Shown: positions 1 to 8,794 of the stretch, one piece after another
Layout: every line of letters starts with the position of its first letter
Numbering within the stretch: position 1 is the stretch's first letter
From: an uncultured bacterium
Lineage (GTDB): Bacteria > Patescibacteriota > Minisyncoccia > Phycocordibacterales > UBA9973
Direction of reading: 5' to 3'
DNA: 64,000 nt
Assembly: GCA_937903035.1 (NCBI GenBank)
Contig: CALCZP010000002.1
Location: forward strand, 20,739-84,738
Notes under the pieces: model-generated
Seen by the model: only the letters and a program-made list of their open reading frames with translations
Databases searched by the model: none
Told to the model about the DNA's origin: nothing
Position numbers and translations under genes: made by a program

Positions 1-90
1 GCTCTATCTGCTGGAATACTTTTGATATTACAAGATAAAACAGTAGCCCAAAATCCTGCCACTAGTATATTTATTGCAAGTGAAAAATAA
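1..90 (+). CDS. C-terminal fragment of an upstream gene (hydrophobic tail ...ALSAGILLILQDKTVAQNPATSIFIASEK, stop at 88-90); product unknown
   Basis: Open frame 1 from the window edge to TAA at 88-90; no start codon in the window. Not in the ORF track because it is too short and partial. Confidence 0.25.
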   Translation, partial: ALSAGILLILQDKTVAQNPATSIFIASEK

Positions 91-188
91 ACAAGAATCA
101 TACGATACGAAAGTATATCATTTTACATTAAGACCATTTGGTCTTAATTCGAGAATGTTCGGAATTCAATGAGAGAAGTAGAATACTA

Positions 189-216
189 TTGACAATTTTT
201 GATTATTATTTATAAT
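189..216 (+). promoter_or_regulatory. Sigma70-like promoter (TTGACA, 16 nt, TATAAT) upstream of ORF 240-743, preceded by the palindrome AAGACCATTTGGTCTT (130-145) and the motif GAATGTTCGGAATTC (153-167)
   Basis: Read directly: TTGACA at 189-194 and TATAAT at 211-216, about 25 nt before the ATG at 240. Near-consensus hexamers are common in AT-rich DNA, so confidence is moderate. Confidence 0.4.
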
Positions 217-239
217 AATCAAAACCTTAAAAACTATAT

Positions 240-743
240 ATGAAACCAGCAACACTAGTTTTCTCAGACAGCGGCAAGTCCGTTCATATCAAATTTGCAA
301 ACGACAAAGAGTCTTTCGAATTTGAAAGCAAGGAAGAAGCACTGTTCGCCATATGCGATTGCTTTAATAAGGAAAAGATAACTGCAACTGAAAAGGATGC
401 TTTTGTGAAAGAAATTATTCTCTCAGAAACTCTTCCGGATCATAGGATAAAAATTTCCTTAGTACCCCTTATTCTTCTGGCAGCCTTTTTGGGTGCCATG
501 GATGCTGAAGAAAAAATCATTGATCCGCAGGTAAAGATGTGTGAGTGTGGTATGAAAATGCCACATGCATATATTTACAATAGAGACGATGAAAAAATTG
601 GTCCACCATTTCAATTTAAAATGGACGGCATGGTGTATGTAGAAAGCTTGTTGAAAGAAGAACGTATTACTGAAGGTGATAGTGCAAGGTTAAATACTCT
701 TATCACTTTTTTACAGCTTCCTGAAAGCTCGATGCTCAATTAA
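240..743 (+). CDS. hypothetical protein (167 aa)
   Basis: Long ORF with a promoter-like sequence upstream and a hairpin terminator downstream (779-822). No recognisable domain. Confidence 0.5.
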   Translation: MKPATLVFSDSGKSVHIKFANDKESFEFESKEEALFAICDCFNKEKITATEKDAFVKEIILSETLPDHRIKISLVPLILLAAFLGAMDAEEKIIDPQVKMCECGMKMPHAYIYNRDDEKIGPPFQFKMDGMVYVESLLKEERITEGDSARLNTLITFLQLPESSMLN

Positions 744-778
744 ATCAAAATTCGTTTTAAAAACGCTATTTTGTACAA

Positions 779-822
779 AATAGGCTATTCCTTATTCAAG
801 GAATAGCCTATTACTCTTTTTG
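779..822 (+). terminator. Rho-independent terminator hairpin (AATAGGCTATTCC...GGAATAGCCTATT plus T-run) after ORF 240-743
   Basis: Perfect 13-bp inverted repeat followed by CTCTTTTT. Confidence 0.5.
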
Positions 823-830
823 TTGAAAAA

Positions 831-858
831 TAAAAAAGCTGGATTTCTCCAGCTTTTG
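831..858 (-). terminator. Terminator hairpin (AGCTGGA-TTTC-TCCAGCT) with a T-run on the minus strand, downstream of minus-strand gene 864-1385
   Basis: 7-bp stem. The minus strand reads GCTGGAGAAATCCAGCTTTTTTA. Confidence 0.5.
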
Positions 859-863
859 TTTAA

Positions 864-1385
864 TCATTTTTTGTTTTCAGCTTCATTAATCTTTTCTCTT
901 AACTCAGCCGCTTTTGGATAATCTTCATTTCGTACAGCTTCTTCCAGTTGCTTCCTGAGTATTTCAAGGTTTAATTCAGGGTCGATTTTTTTCCGCTTCT
1001 TCTCATCAATCGGAGCTAAAATCAGACCTTCTTTGAAGACAATGTATTCGTGCTCGCATTCTGCCACCATATTGATATAGGTGGTGACATTTTCAATAAC
1101 GAAATCATTATCTTCGTTTTCTCCTCTTGAGAAATCAAGCTCAAAATCATGCTCGGTCATTTCTGATCCGATACGCTTAACGTACACACATTCAGGAAAG
1201 ACTTCCATGAATTCTTCAACAGTATCTCCTTCGGGGAGGTGAATTATTCCGGTGTCATGATGAAGATAGAGACAATCCTTAATGACGAGGATGTGTTGGT
1301 TTTCGATAAACCCTTCATCACCAATATCCATTTGCGAAAGACGGCACTGGCGATGGCGAACATTTACTTTTCCAATAATGGGCAT
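864..1385 (-). CDS. hypothetical protein with a C-terminal UVR (UvrB/UvrC-type) motif
   Basis: The C-terminus LRKQLEEAVRNEDYPKAAELREKINEAE matches the UVR-domain consensus from UvrB/UvrC. The N-terminal domain is not recognised. Confidence 0.55.
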   Translation of the reverse strand: MPIIGKVNVRHRQCRLSQMDIGDEGFIENQHILVIKDCLYLHHDTGIIHLPEGDTVEEFMEVFPECVYVKRIGSEMTEHDFELDFSRGENEDNDFVIENVTTYINMVAECEHEYIVFKEGLILAPIDEKKRKKIDPELNLEILRKQLEEAVRNEDYPKAAELREKINEAENKK

Positions 1386-1496
1386 GGTTATGTGGTTTTA
1401 AGGTTATAGAATTTTGTTTAAATCCACATTACCATCTTACTTGACTTTGTCAAAGAAACGGGTAGAGTACGAGGAAACTCATTTAAAACATAAATT

Positions 1497-2717
1497 ATGT
1501 ACAAACTCGAACATGAATTACTCACGAAGTATGCAAAAGTAATGGTTCATTATGCTATTGGAAATGGTAACGGACTTAACAAGGGCGAAACAGTCTTTCT
1601 TATTGGTCAGGAGTGCACAAAGGATCTCTATCTCGAAATTTGCAAAGAAATTTGGCGAAGTGGAGGAAATGTAATCCATCGATACCTTCCTGATGAAGTA
1701 GGACGTTATGGTATAAACCGATCATTGCTTGAGATAGGTACCGATGAACAACTTACATTCTTTCCAACTCCGTATTGGCAAGGTGTTACTGATGTTATGG
1801 ATCATATTCTATTTATCATTGCTGATCCAGATATGCATGCATTGGATGGAATACTTGCTGAAAAAATTTGCAAAATGGAGGAATCAAAGGCTCCCTTTAT
1901 GGAAATGCGTGAAAAGAAAGAATCCGTAGGCAAACTCTCTTGGACACTCTGTTTGTATGGAACCGAGTCAATGGCCAAAGAAGCAGGTATAAATCTGCAA
2001 GAGTATTGGGAACAGATCATCAATGCTTGTTATCTCCAAGACGAAGATCCGGTTGCAACTTGGCGTAATACTAAGGAAGAGATTGTTAAAATCAAGTCTT
2101 GGCTTTCTGAACTCAAGATTGAAAGGGTGCACGTTGAAGCAGATGGAATTGATCTTTGGATCAAGGTTGGAGCAGATCGTAAATGGCTTGGAGCATCGGG
2201 GCACAATATACCAAGCTTCGAAGTCTTTACATCACCGGACTGGAGAGGAACATCTGGAAAGATTTTTTTCAATCAGCCGTTATACTATCAGTGTAAAAGG
2301 ATTTCTGGCATTCAGCTTGAGTTCAAAAATGGTGTTATTACTCATGCTTCAGCAGCAGAAAATGAAGATACGCTGTTACAGATGATTGCGATTGAAAACG
2401 CCAACAAAATAGGAGAGTTTTCTTTGACTGACAGACGTCATTCCAGGATTACCAAACCGATGGCAACAACTCTGTTTGATGAAAATATGGGTGGAAAATA
2501 TGGCAATACGCATATTGCACTTGGTATGTCCTATAAAGAAGCTTTTGTCGGTGATATTGGGGGCACTACAGATGAAGGATGGGAAGCGAGAGGTTTCAAT
2601 CTTTGTCATAAGGTTCACACCGACATCATCAGTACTGCAAACAGAAAAGTAACAGCTACTTTGGCAAACGGTGAGTCGTTAGTAATTTATGAAAACGGAC
2701 AATTTACAGTTGTCTAA
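1497..2717 (+). CDS. M29-family aminopeptidase (AmpS/PepS-like)
   Basis: 406 aa. The N-terminal pattern LLxKYAKVMVxYAIGxxxGLNKGETVFL and the overall length resemble thermophilic-aminopeptidase (M29) proteins. Family assigned from memory of the sequence pattern. Confidence 0.6.
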   Translation: MYKLEHELLTKYAKVMVHYAIGNGNGLNKGETVFLIGQECTKDLYLEICKEIWRSGGNVIHRYLPDEVGRYGINRSLLEIGTDEQLTFFPTPYWQGVTDVMDHILFIIADPDMHALDGILAEKICKMEESKAPFMEMREKKESVGKLSWTLCLYGTESMAKEAGINLQEYWEQIINACYLQDEDPVATWRNTKEEIVKIKSWLSELKIERVHVEADGIDLWIKVGADRKWLGASGHNIPSFEVFTSPDWRGTSGKIFFNQPLYYQCKRISGIQLEFKNGVITHASAAENEDTLLQMIAIENANKIGEFSLTDRRHSRITKPMATTLFDENMGGKYGNTHIALGMSYKEAFVGDIGGTTDEGWEARGFNLCHKVHTDIISTANRKVTATLANGESLVIYENGQFTVV

Positions 2718-2726
2718 TTTATTCAA

Positions 2727-2747
2727 GGAGCTTCGGCTCCTTTTTCT
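2727..2747 (+). terminator. Terminator hairpin AGGAGC-TTCG-GCTCCT plus TTTTTC after the aminopeptidase gene
   Basis: 6-bp GC-rich stem, UUCG tetraloop and a T-run, 10 nt after the stop at 2717. Confidence 0.55.
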
Positions 2748-2828
2748 ATTTATTCCGAACTCTTGAGGATGTTTGGAATTATTTGACAAAATAAAAAATA
2801 TTGTGTAATTTTGGTAAAAATAATCATT

Positions 2829-3091
2829 ATGAAACAAACTCTTGAAATGAAAACCTTATTTAAGAAAGGTGATAAAGTTAAAATCACCAGACTTGAAAAA
2901 ATGGTTACACTGACGAAGGTGAGGTATTCTCAGCTTCCTCGAAAGAAGTTGGTATTAAGATAACTCAGTCTCCAACTCAAGGTGCGGTAGGTATGGAGGT
3001 AAGGTTTGGGATGAGAGATGGGGTATGGAAATACCTGAATGGAAATACGTATAGCAAGAGAGATTCTGGGTATTCCATTGCAAAAATTTAA
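2829..3091 (+). pseudogene. Small gene interrupted by a frameshift in an A6 run (2896-2901). If the run is restored to A7 it gives an ~86-aa protein beginning MKQTLEMKTLFKKGDKVKITRLEKNGYTDEGEVFSASSKEVGIKITQSPTQGAVGMEV..., which may be a DUF2945 / hypervirulence-associated TUDOR-like small protein
   Basis: Frame A runs ATG 2829 to TAA at 2946. The -1 frame continues from 2903 to TAA at 3089-3091 with a coherent sequence. The junction is exactly at GAAAAAATGG. A promoter-like TTGACA sits at 2785 and a hairpin terminator at 3102-3131. Confidence 0.35.
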
Positions 3092-3101
3092 TAAAAACTA
3101 G

Positions 3102-3131
3102 AGATGCTTTAGTAATAACGCATCTTTTTTA
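3102..3131 (+). terminator. Terminator hairpin AGATGC...GCATCT plus TTTTTT
   Basis: 6-bp stem with a 12-nt loop, followed by T6. Confidence 0.4.
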
Positions 3132-3163
3132 TTTTGTCTAAATTAGATTCAAACATCGTTCAA

Positions 3164-3195
3164 GCATTCCGAACATTAGAGGATGTTCGGAATGC
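3164..3195. promoter_or_regulatory. Perfect 13-bp inverted repeat GCATTCCGAACAT-N6-ATGTTCGGAATGC, directly upstream of a promoter-like TTGACT(3203)...TAGACT(3224) for ORF 3247
   Basis: Read directly. The same half-site ATGTTCGGAAT recurs at 153-167, 2755-2782 (imperfect) and 3545-3569. Confidence 0.45.
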
Positions 3196-3246
3196 TCTGA
3201 TATTGACTCCTATTTAAAACCGACTAGACTGGAGAAAACATTTGCC

Positions 3247-3624
3247 ATGAGTAAGCTATACAAATGCAAAAAGAAAGTATTGGATTTTATACAAGCTGCT
3301 GGTGATACTGGGGCTACAGAAAGTCAGCTAGTATGTGTTATTAATGAATTTAATAGGGAAGAATGTATGTTTGAATACGATATCAATCCTCTAACTCCAG
3401 CTTCAATTATTGAGCAGCTTGTATTCAAGTTCGAAGACCTTCTTTTTGAAAAGAGATTTATTCCAAAGAAAGAACTTTTCTTCTTTTGGATTTACAAATC
3501 TTCGCCACCTCCAGGAAAGGTGGTTTTTCTTTTGTCTCTACTAGCTCGGAATGTTGAAGGATGTTCGAATGAGTTTAGGGTAATAAAAAACCCATCACGA
3601 ATGATGGGTTGTTGTAAGAATTGA
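3247..3624 (+). CDS. hypothetical protein (125 aa). The N-terminal region could be a winged-helix DNA-binding fold, so it may be the regulator for the adjacent palindromes (speculative)
   Basis: ORF with a promoter-like sequence and an operator-like inverted repeat upstream. Its 3' end runs through a hairpin at 3589-3615, so the true stop may be earlier. Confidence 0.4.
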   Translation: MSKLYKCKKKVLDFIQAAGDTGATESQLVCVINEFNREECMFEYDINPLTPASIIEQLVFKFEDLLFEKRFIPKKELFFFWIYKSSPPPGKVVFLLSLLARNVEGCSNEFRVIKNPSRMMGCCKN

Positions 3625-3631
3625 ATGAATC

Positions 3632-4033
3632 TTACTCAACAGTGATTACTCCTTTACGAGTTTTTGTTGAATAATAAGCCTTAATTGTAACAATTTCTTT
3701 TCTATAAAATCCAAGAAGGTAGTCTTCCTCAGCGAAACATTTGAAGTCCTCAAAACTGAGTTTTTTAGCATACACTCCTGGTTCTATTTTCTCCGGCTTT
3801 TTAACAAAAAATGATTCCGAAACACATTCTTTGTTAGTGGAAAAAGTTAGGTTCCAGGATTGACCACCGCCATCTTCCGCCTCAATAGAGTTGATGATTG
3901 CAGCAATATACTTTTCATTTTCATTTTTTTCAAAACAAAAAGGAACTAACCTTTTTTCGGCTAAAAGGCGTAAACCGTCAAACAATTCCTCTCTTGAGGG
4001 ACCGTTTGTAATCTGAATTGTTTTTTGTAACAT
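3632..4033 (-). CDS. hypothetical protein (133 aa)
   Basis: Clean ORF convergent with 3247-3624. No recognisable motif. Confidence 0.45.
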   Translation of the reverse strand: MLQKTIQITNGPSREELFDGLRLLAEKRLVPFCFEKNENEKYIAAIINSIEAEDGGGQSWNLTFSTNKECVSESFFVKKPEKIEPGVYAKKLSFEDFKCFAEEDYLLGFYRKEIVTIKAYYSTKTRKGVITVE

Positions 4034-4203
4034 CGTACGATGAATTTAAAAGAACTCTTTATGCGTTTTACAGAGGATAAAGAATACTCTGGAGCTATGA
4101 AGCAATCTTTCCGTACAGAAAGAACTATCTGCATCATAGCACAAAATAATTGACAAGTCAAGTATGATATGCTATCATACAGTTAAATCAAACTTAAAAA
4201 ATT

Positions 4204-4581
4204 ATGAACTATAAGCTTTTCTACACATGCCTTATAACATTCTTTGGCATGATGTTTTGGTTACTGTTTCAGCAGGGCTCTATGGACTTTATTGCTGTCA
4301 GAATAATCATCGCCTTTATCTCAGCAATCCTTCTTTTCTTTTCTGTAACATGGAATGAAAAAGGTGGTTGGAAAAAGGCAGTGGTAGTACTTCTGGTGAT
4401 AATAGGTTTCGGTTCAATCGCAAACTTTGCTTTTGGCTGGGGTATCGCACATTATCCAGGAATTACACTACTGACAATGCCAGGGATACTTGTTCTTGGA
4501 CTTTTATACATAAAGTTTGTGGAACCAAAAATTCTGAACAAAAAGCCAAAACAGAAAATGCGTCCTGAGATTTATAATTAA
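4204..4581 (+). CDS. small integral membrane protein (3-4 TM helices)
   Basis: Hydrophobic throughout. The upstream TTGACA (4150-4155) and extended -10 TGCTATCAT overlap the palindrome GTATGATA-TGC-TATCATAC (4162-4180). Confidence 0.5.
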   Translation: MNYKLFYTCLITFFGMMFWLLFQQGSMDFIAVRIIIAFISAILLFFSVTWNEKGGWKKAVVVLLVIIGFGSIANFAFGWGIAHYPGITLLTMPGILVLGLLYIKFVEPKILNKKPKQKMRPEIYN

Positions 4582-4769
4582 ACTAATTTGTCCTTTTACC
4601 GAAATGCCTCACTTAATAGTGGGGCTTTTTTCTTTCCTCCAGACCTTCACAACATACACAACGTTCACGTGCTCGCTTGGAGGAACGCATTTCGAACTTT
4701 TGACTGGGCTGAATTATACAGCGATACTAAGTTCCACTTAGAAAATACTAACAGGTTGCTTGCACTAGC

Positions 4770-6617
4770 TTAAAGAGTTACCTGTCTGACAATCTCTCTA
4801 ATTTCAATACTTTCTGGGTTTGCATCGTCTGCAAGATATGTCGTGAGTTGGTTATTGCAGAAATCGATTGTTTCAGTAAGACCCTTGGTGATCCCTAGAT
4901 AATGTTCTAGATCACCATTTTTAAGAATATACATTTTGTTTGCGTACTCTCCGTCAATTCTAGCCTCCCAATCTGTATTTCTCGCTTTGAATGCAGTTAC
5001 TTCAGCAGGTGCTTTTACGCTCTGTCCTTTGTCTGCAGGATAGAAAAGATCGATAGCAAAATCCAGATCATTGATGCCATAGACTGATAAACCAAAGCTC
5101 GTAAAAAGAGCACTCCATTCTTGATGATTACCTTTGCCGTTAGTTTCAAGCACAGCAATCTCTTGATCAAGTTCTGGGTACTTTTCTTGAATGATAGATT
5201 TGAAAAAGTATCGATCTGTATCGCCCTCAACTAAGAGAACTTTTTTGGCAAAGAATGCGTAAGTTGATCTGGTATTGTCGAGTATCTTGATGAGTATTCT
5301 TTGCTCAGTTGTCAGTGTAGGTGCTTTGATGGCGGTGTATCCATCAGATGTTAGGGAGAAACGCTTTACTTGATTGATAGTCGATGAATTGATCAGTGCT
5401 TCTGAATGAGTTACCAAAATATATTGACAACTTTGTTCTTTGTTCAGTTCTCGAATAACCTGCAGATATTCATTTTGAAACTGGTAATGAAGATGTATCT
5501 CTGGCTCATCAATAATAACTACGCCACCTTTTAGATCACCACGCCCATAAGACTCGAAGACGAGGTGAATAATTGCTTTTTGTCCCGCACTCAAACTGTT
5601 TATGTCATTGAGCTTTTTGTTTCGGCGCAAATCAAGAAACTCAAATGCATATTGCCAAGTTCTGAGGTCTATCAACCTGATCTTGCATTCAAGATTGATG
5701 AGTTTCAGTTTCTTATTTATCGAAATAATAAAGGGTAGTTCATTAGCACTCTTTTCGCATTCTGCATCGTCCATTTTTCCTGAAATGAGACTAAAATGTT
5801 TTTCCGCTACTCGAAGCCTGACAAGACCAAAGATGCTTGGCTCTCCTTGGTCATTTGCATTTAAGCTTTTTGAGAAATCACGAGTTTTGATTTGTTGCAT
5901 TTGCTGTGATGGAAGCTGATCTCGTAGTGAGATAGATGTATCAAAAGCATGATAGTTTCGATAACTTGAAATTAAAGTGAAAGACTCATACAACGGGGCA
6001 ATCGGTGCTGTTGGGTGTTCTATGTTGTATATCTCGATAAGCTCTTTATAGAAATTGTAGTCAGAAAGATATTCAAACCCAAAATCGTGAGCACCTTGTT
6101 GAAATGCGACTGAAAAAGACTGGTTAGTTTTGTTCAAGGTAATATCAAGTGTGTAGTTTTCTTGATGTGCCGTCAGTCCTGTAAGACCTCGTACTGTATA
6201 TGAAAGAAGTGGGTTAAGAGAAGCCTGATTGTCTCTGATGTGTTGTAGGTTCTGCAGATCAATAGCATCGAGCTTTATTTCAAGTCTAATTTTCTGATCT
6301 TTGTCCTCAGTGTTCCAGTTTGGTTCCAAGCGAAAACCGCTGTATGTCTGGGCATTCACAGGTGTAAGGATTTGCTTTCTCTCGTCCGCAGTTACAGTAC
6401 TTTTCCGTGAATACAACTCTTGATTTACATTGAACTGCTTATATAGCACTCTCTTGAAAAGAAAGTTTACAACCTCCAATGCAGTAGATTTTCCTGCACC
6501 ATTCTCTCCAATAATGATATTTAGACCATCCTCAAAGACGATCTGCTCAGCGTTAGCTACATCGTCATGGTGCTTAAAACTTAGGATGTTTGATACTCGT
6601 AATGACTTGATCTTCAT
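4770..6617 (-). CDS. OLD-family (overcoming lysogenization defect) ATP-dependent endonuclease, class-1-like: N-terminal ABC/AAA ATPase plus C-terminal TOPRIM
   Basis: Walker A GENGAGKST near the N-terminus. Walker B/D-loop LVIIDEPEIHLH. C-terminal TOPRIM signature VLLVEGDTDRYFF, with DxD (GINDLDF) about 45 residues later. No adjacent UvrD-like helicase, so it is not a Gabija pair. Confidence 0.75.
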   Translation of the reverse strand: MKIKSLRVSNILSFKHHDDVANAEQIVFEDGLNIIIGENGAGKSTALEVVNFLFKRVLYKQFNVNQELYSRKSTVTADERKQILTPVNAQTYSGFRLEPNWNTEDKDQKIRLEIKLDAIDLQNLQHIRDNQASLNPLLSYTVRGLTGLTAHQENYTLDITLNKTNQSFSVAFQQGAHDFGFEYLSDYNFYKELIEIYNIEHPTAPIAPLYESFTLISSYRNYHAFDTSISLRDQLPSQQMQQIKTRDFSKSLNANDQGEPSIFGLVRLRVAEKHFSLISGKMDDAECEKSANELPFIISINKKLKLINLECKIRLIDLRTWQYAFEFLDLRRNKKLNDINSLSAGQKAIIHLVFESYGRGDLKGGVVIIDEPEIHLHYQFQNEYLQVIRELNKEQSCQYILVTHSEALINSSTINQVKRFSLTSDGYTAIKAPTLTTEQRILIKILDNTRSTYAFFAKKVLLVEGDTDRYFFKSIIQEKYPELDQEIAVLETNGKGNHQEWSALFTSFGLSVYGINDLDFAIDLFYPADKGQSVKAPAEVTAFKARNTDWEARIDGEYANKMYILKNGDLEHYLGITKGLTETIDFCNNQLTTYLADDANPESIEIREIVRQVTL

Positions 6618-6661
6618 GGTGTAATACTAGCATTTTTTGCCCTGTTTAAGTATTTCAAAAA

Positions 6662-7600
6662 ATGTTAAAATACACTTTACTTATGAGCAATGTAACAAAG
6701 CCCAAAAAAAGGACTTCAAAGAGCCTTAAAAACAAGAAGAAGTTTACTTTTATAGACTTATTTGCAGGGATCGGTGGCTTTCATTACGCTTTCCATAACG
6801 TAGGTGCAGAATGCGTCTTTTCTTCAGAATGGGACGAACACGCAAGAAAAACCTATCAGACCAACTTTGAAAAAATAAGTCCTGATCTATTTAAGTCTGG
6901 TAATTTTGTTGGAGATATTACAAAAGTAGATAAGAAAGCTATTCCTGATTTTGATATTTTGACGGGAGGATTTCCGTGCCAGCCATTTAGTCAGGCAGGG
7001 TTCAAAAAAGGTTTTAGTGATACGAGAGGCACACTTTTTTATGATATTGCGGACATAATCAAAGTTAAAAAACCTAAAGCTTTTTTCCTAGAAAATGTTA
7101 GAGGGCTTCTCGCTCACGATAACGGTAAAACTTTTGAAACGATCAAGAGTGTTTTGACTGAAGAGTTAGGATACTCACTATTTTTTAATATCGTTAAAGC
7201 TTCTGATCATGGCTTGCCTCAAAATCGCCCTCGACTATTTATGATCGGTTTTAGAAATAAGAAAATACCTTTTTCTTTCCCTGAAAAAAGACCCCTGGAG
7301 TTCACCATGTCAGATGTATTTGGTGAGCCTGTAAATCGTGATATTGGCTTTACTTTGCGTGTTGGTGGCAAAGGCTCTGTAATTACTGATAGACGAAATT
7401 GGGATAGTTATATGGTAAATGGAAAGCCTAAAAGATTATCCTCAAAGGAGGGTAAGAAAATGCAGGGGTTTCCAGATGACTTTGTTTTCCCAGTCTCTGA
7501 AAGTCAGGCAATGAAGCAATTAGGAAATAGCGTAGCCATATACGCCATACAAGATTACGCACAAAAGATAATTGAAGCACTTGAAAATCATTATGAATAA
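6662..7600 (+). CDS. DNA (cytosine-5)-methyltransferase, the modification subunit of a type II R-M system
   Basis: m5C-MTase motifs: I FIDLFAGIGGF, IV GGFPCQPFS, VI FLENVRGL, VIII QNRPRLFMIGF, X GNSVAI. The true start may be the internal Met at 6683. Confidence 0.9.
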   Translation: MLKYTLLMSNVTKPKKRTSKSLKNKKKFTFIDLFAGIGGFHYAFHNVGAECVFSSEWDEHARKTYQTNFEKISPDLFKSGNFVGDITKVDKKAIPDFDILTGGFPCQPFSQAGFKKGFSDTRGTLFYDIADIIKVKKPKAFFLENVRGLLAHDNGKTFETIKSVLTEELGYSLFFNIVKASDHGLPQNRPRLFMIGFRNKKIPFSFPEKRPLEFTMSDVFGEPVNRDIGFTLRVGGKGSVITDRRNWDSYMVNGKPKRLSSKEGKKMQGFPDDFVFPVSESQAMKQLGNSVAIYAIQDYAQKIIEALENHYE

Positions 7601-8675
7601 TCAAAAACAAACAACAGGAAATACAGGAGAATGGAGTGAGTTATACGCTCTCGCTTTTCTCTTGGCTAATGGTGGTGCATACGGTGCTGACAAAGATCAA
7701 AACAGAAAAGAGGATTTGTTCTACAAGGTTCTGAAGATAATCTTTGCTGAAAAAGTGGGTAAAGAAAAGATGACTTACGAAATCAATGATGGAGTTATCG
7801 ATGTCTTTGCAGGTTTGAATAAAATCGCCTCAATAAAAACACAAAAGATACAAAGCATTCTTAAAAAGATGTTCGAGACTTTATCTGCAAAAAATGTAGG
7901 GCGAGCCTTTCCACTAGAAGCAGGTTCAGAGATGATGCAACTCTTACAGAAACAAGTCATTAAGGCTTCAAGCTCAGATAAGAAAGACCTTGATCTAGTG
8001 GTTCTTGATCTGAAAACAAACCAGCCAAGTCCAGAGATTGGCTTCAGTATAAAATCCCAACTCGGAAGCCCCTCAACTCTAGTAAATGCTTCAAGTGCAA
8101 CAAACTTTACTTACGAGATACTTGATAAGGATATGAAAGTCCCTACGCAATTACCAAAATTGCACGAGAAAAATGTTAAAGATAACATCAATCTTTTGAT
8201 GGCTTCTGGATATAACATTGTTTTTCGTAAAGTAGACAGTGAGAAGTTTGAACACAACCTTTCTTTGATCGATAGCAATCTGGCGACATATATCGCAAAA
8301 ATACTTTTGTCATATTACGCACGAGAAGCAAGTAATTTATCGGGTCTAGTTTCTCATAACTTTCCTGCATCTGATCAACAGAGCAAACAGCCAACTCATA
8401 AGATAAAAGAGTTCCTGAGTATTATGGCTTTGGGAATGATGCCTAATACTGATTGGAATGGAATACTAACAAGTCTTGGAGGTTTTCTGTTGGTTAAAAA
8501 AGATGGTGATGTATTGTGCTATTACCTCTACAACCTCGAAGATTTCCAAGAATATCTGCTAAATAATACAAAGCTCGATACACCAAGCACCACTCGATAC
8601 GGAATTGGAAAAATCATAGAGGAAGACAATCGCTTTTATATAAAGCTCAATCTACAGGTTCGATTTACTAAATAA
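7594..8675 (+). CDS. Type II restriction endonuclease, HpaII-family-like
   Basis: The ATG at 7594 overlaps the MTase stop (ATGAATAA), which is typical R-M coupling. The N-terminus GNTGEWSELYALAFLLANGGAYGADKD matches my recollection of the conserved HpaII-family N-terminal block (GEWSELY...). ORF-track start 7572 trimmed to 7594. Confidence 0.6.
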
Positions 8676-8794
8676 ATTACACAAAAGATCGCTCTACACA
8701 TCTGTCTTTTTGAGGTGTTTTTCGATATAATGCAATTACAGCTGAATAAAGCCGACCTAACCCCTACAGCCTTAAAACTTTAGGATATGGTCGC

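Noticed and set aside
1744-2618. Multiple 60-120-aa ORFs on both strands inside 1497-2717
   Set aside because: They are nested within the long aminopeptidase ORF and are low-complexity or hydrophobic translations of alternative frames.
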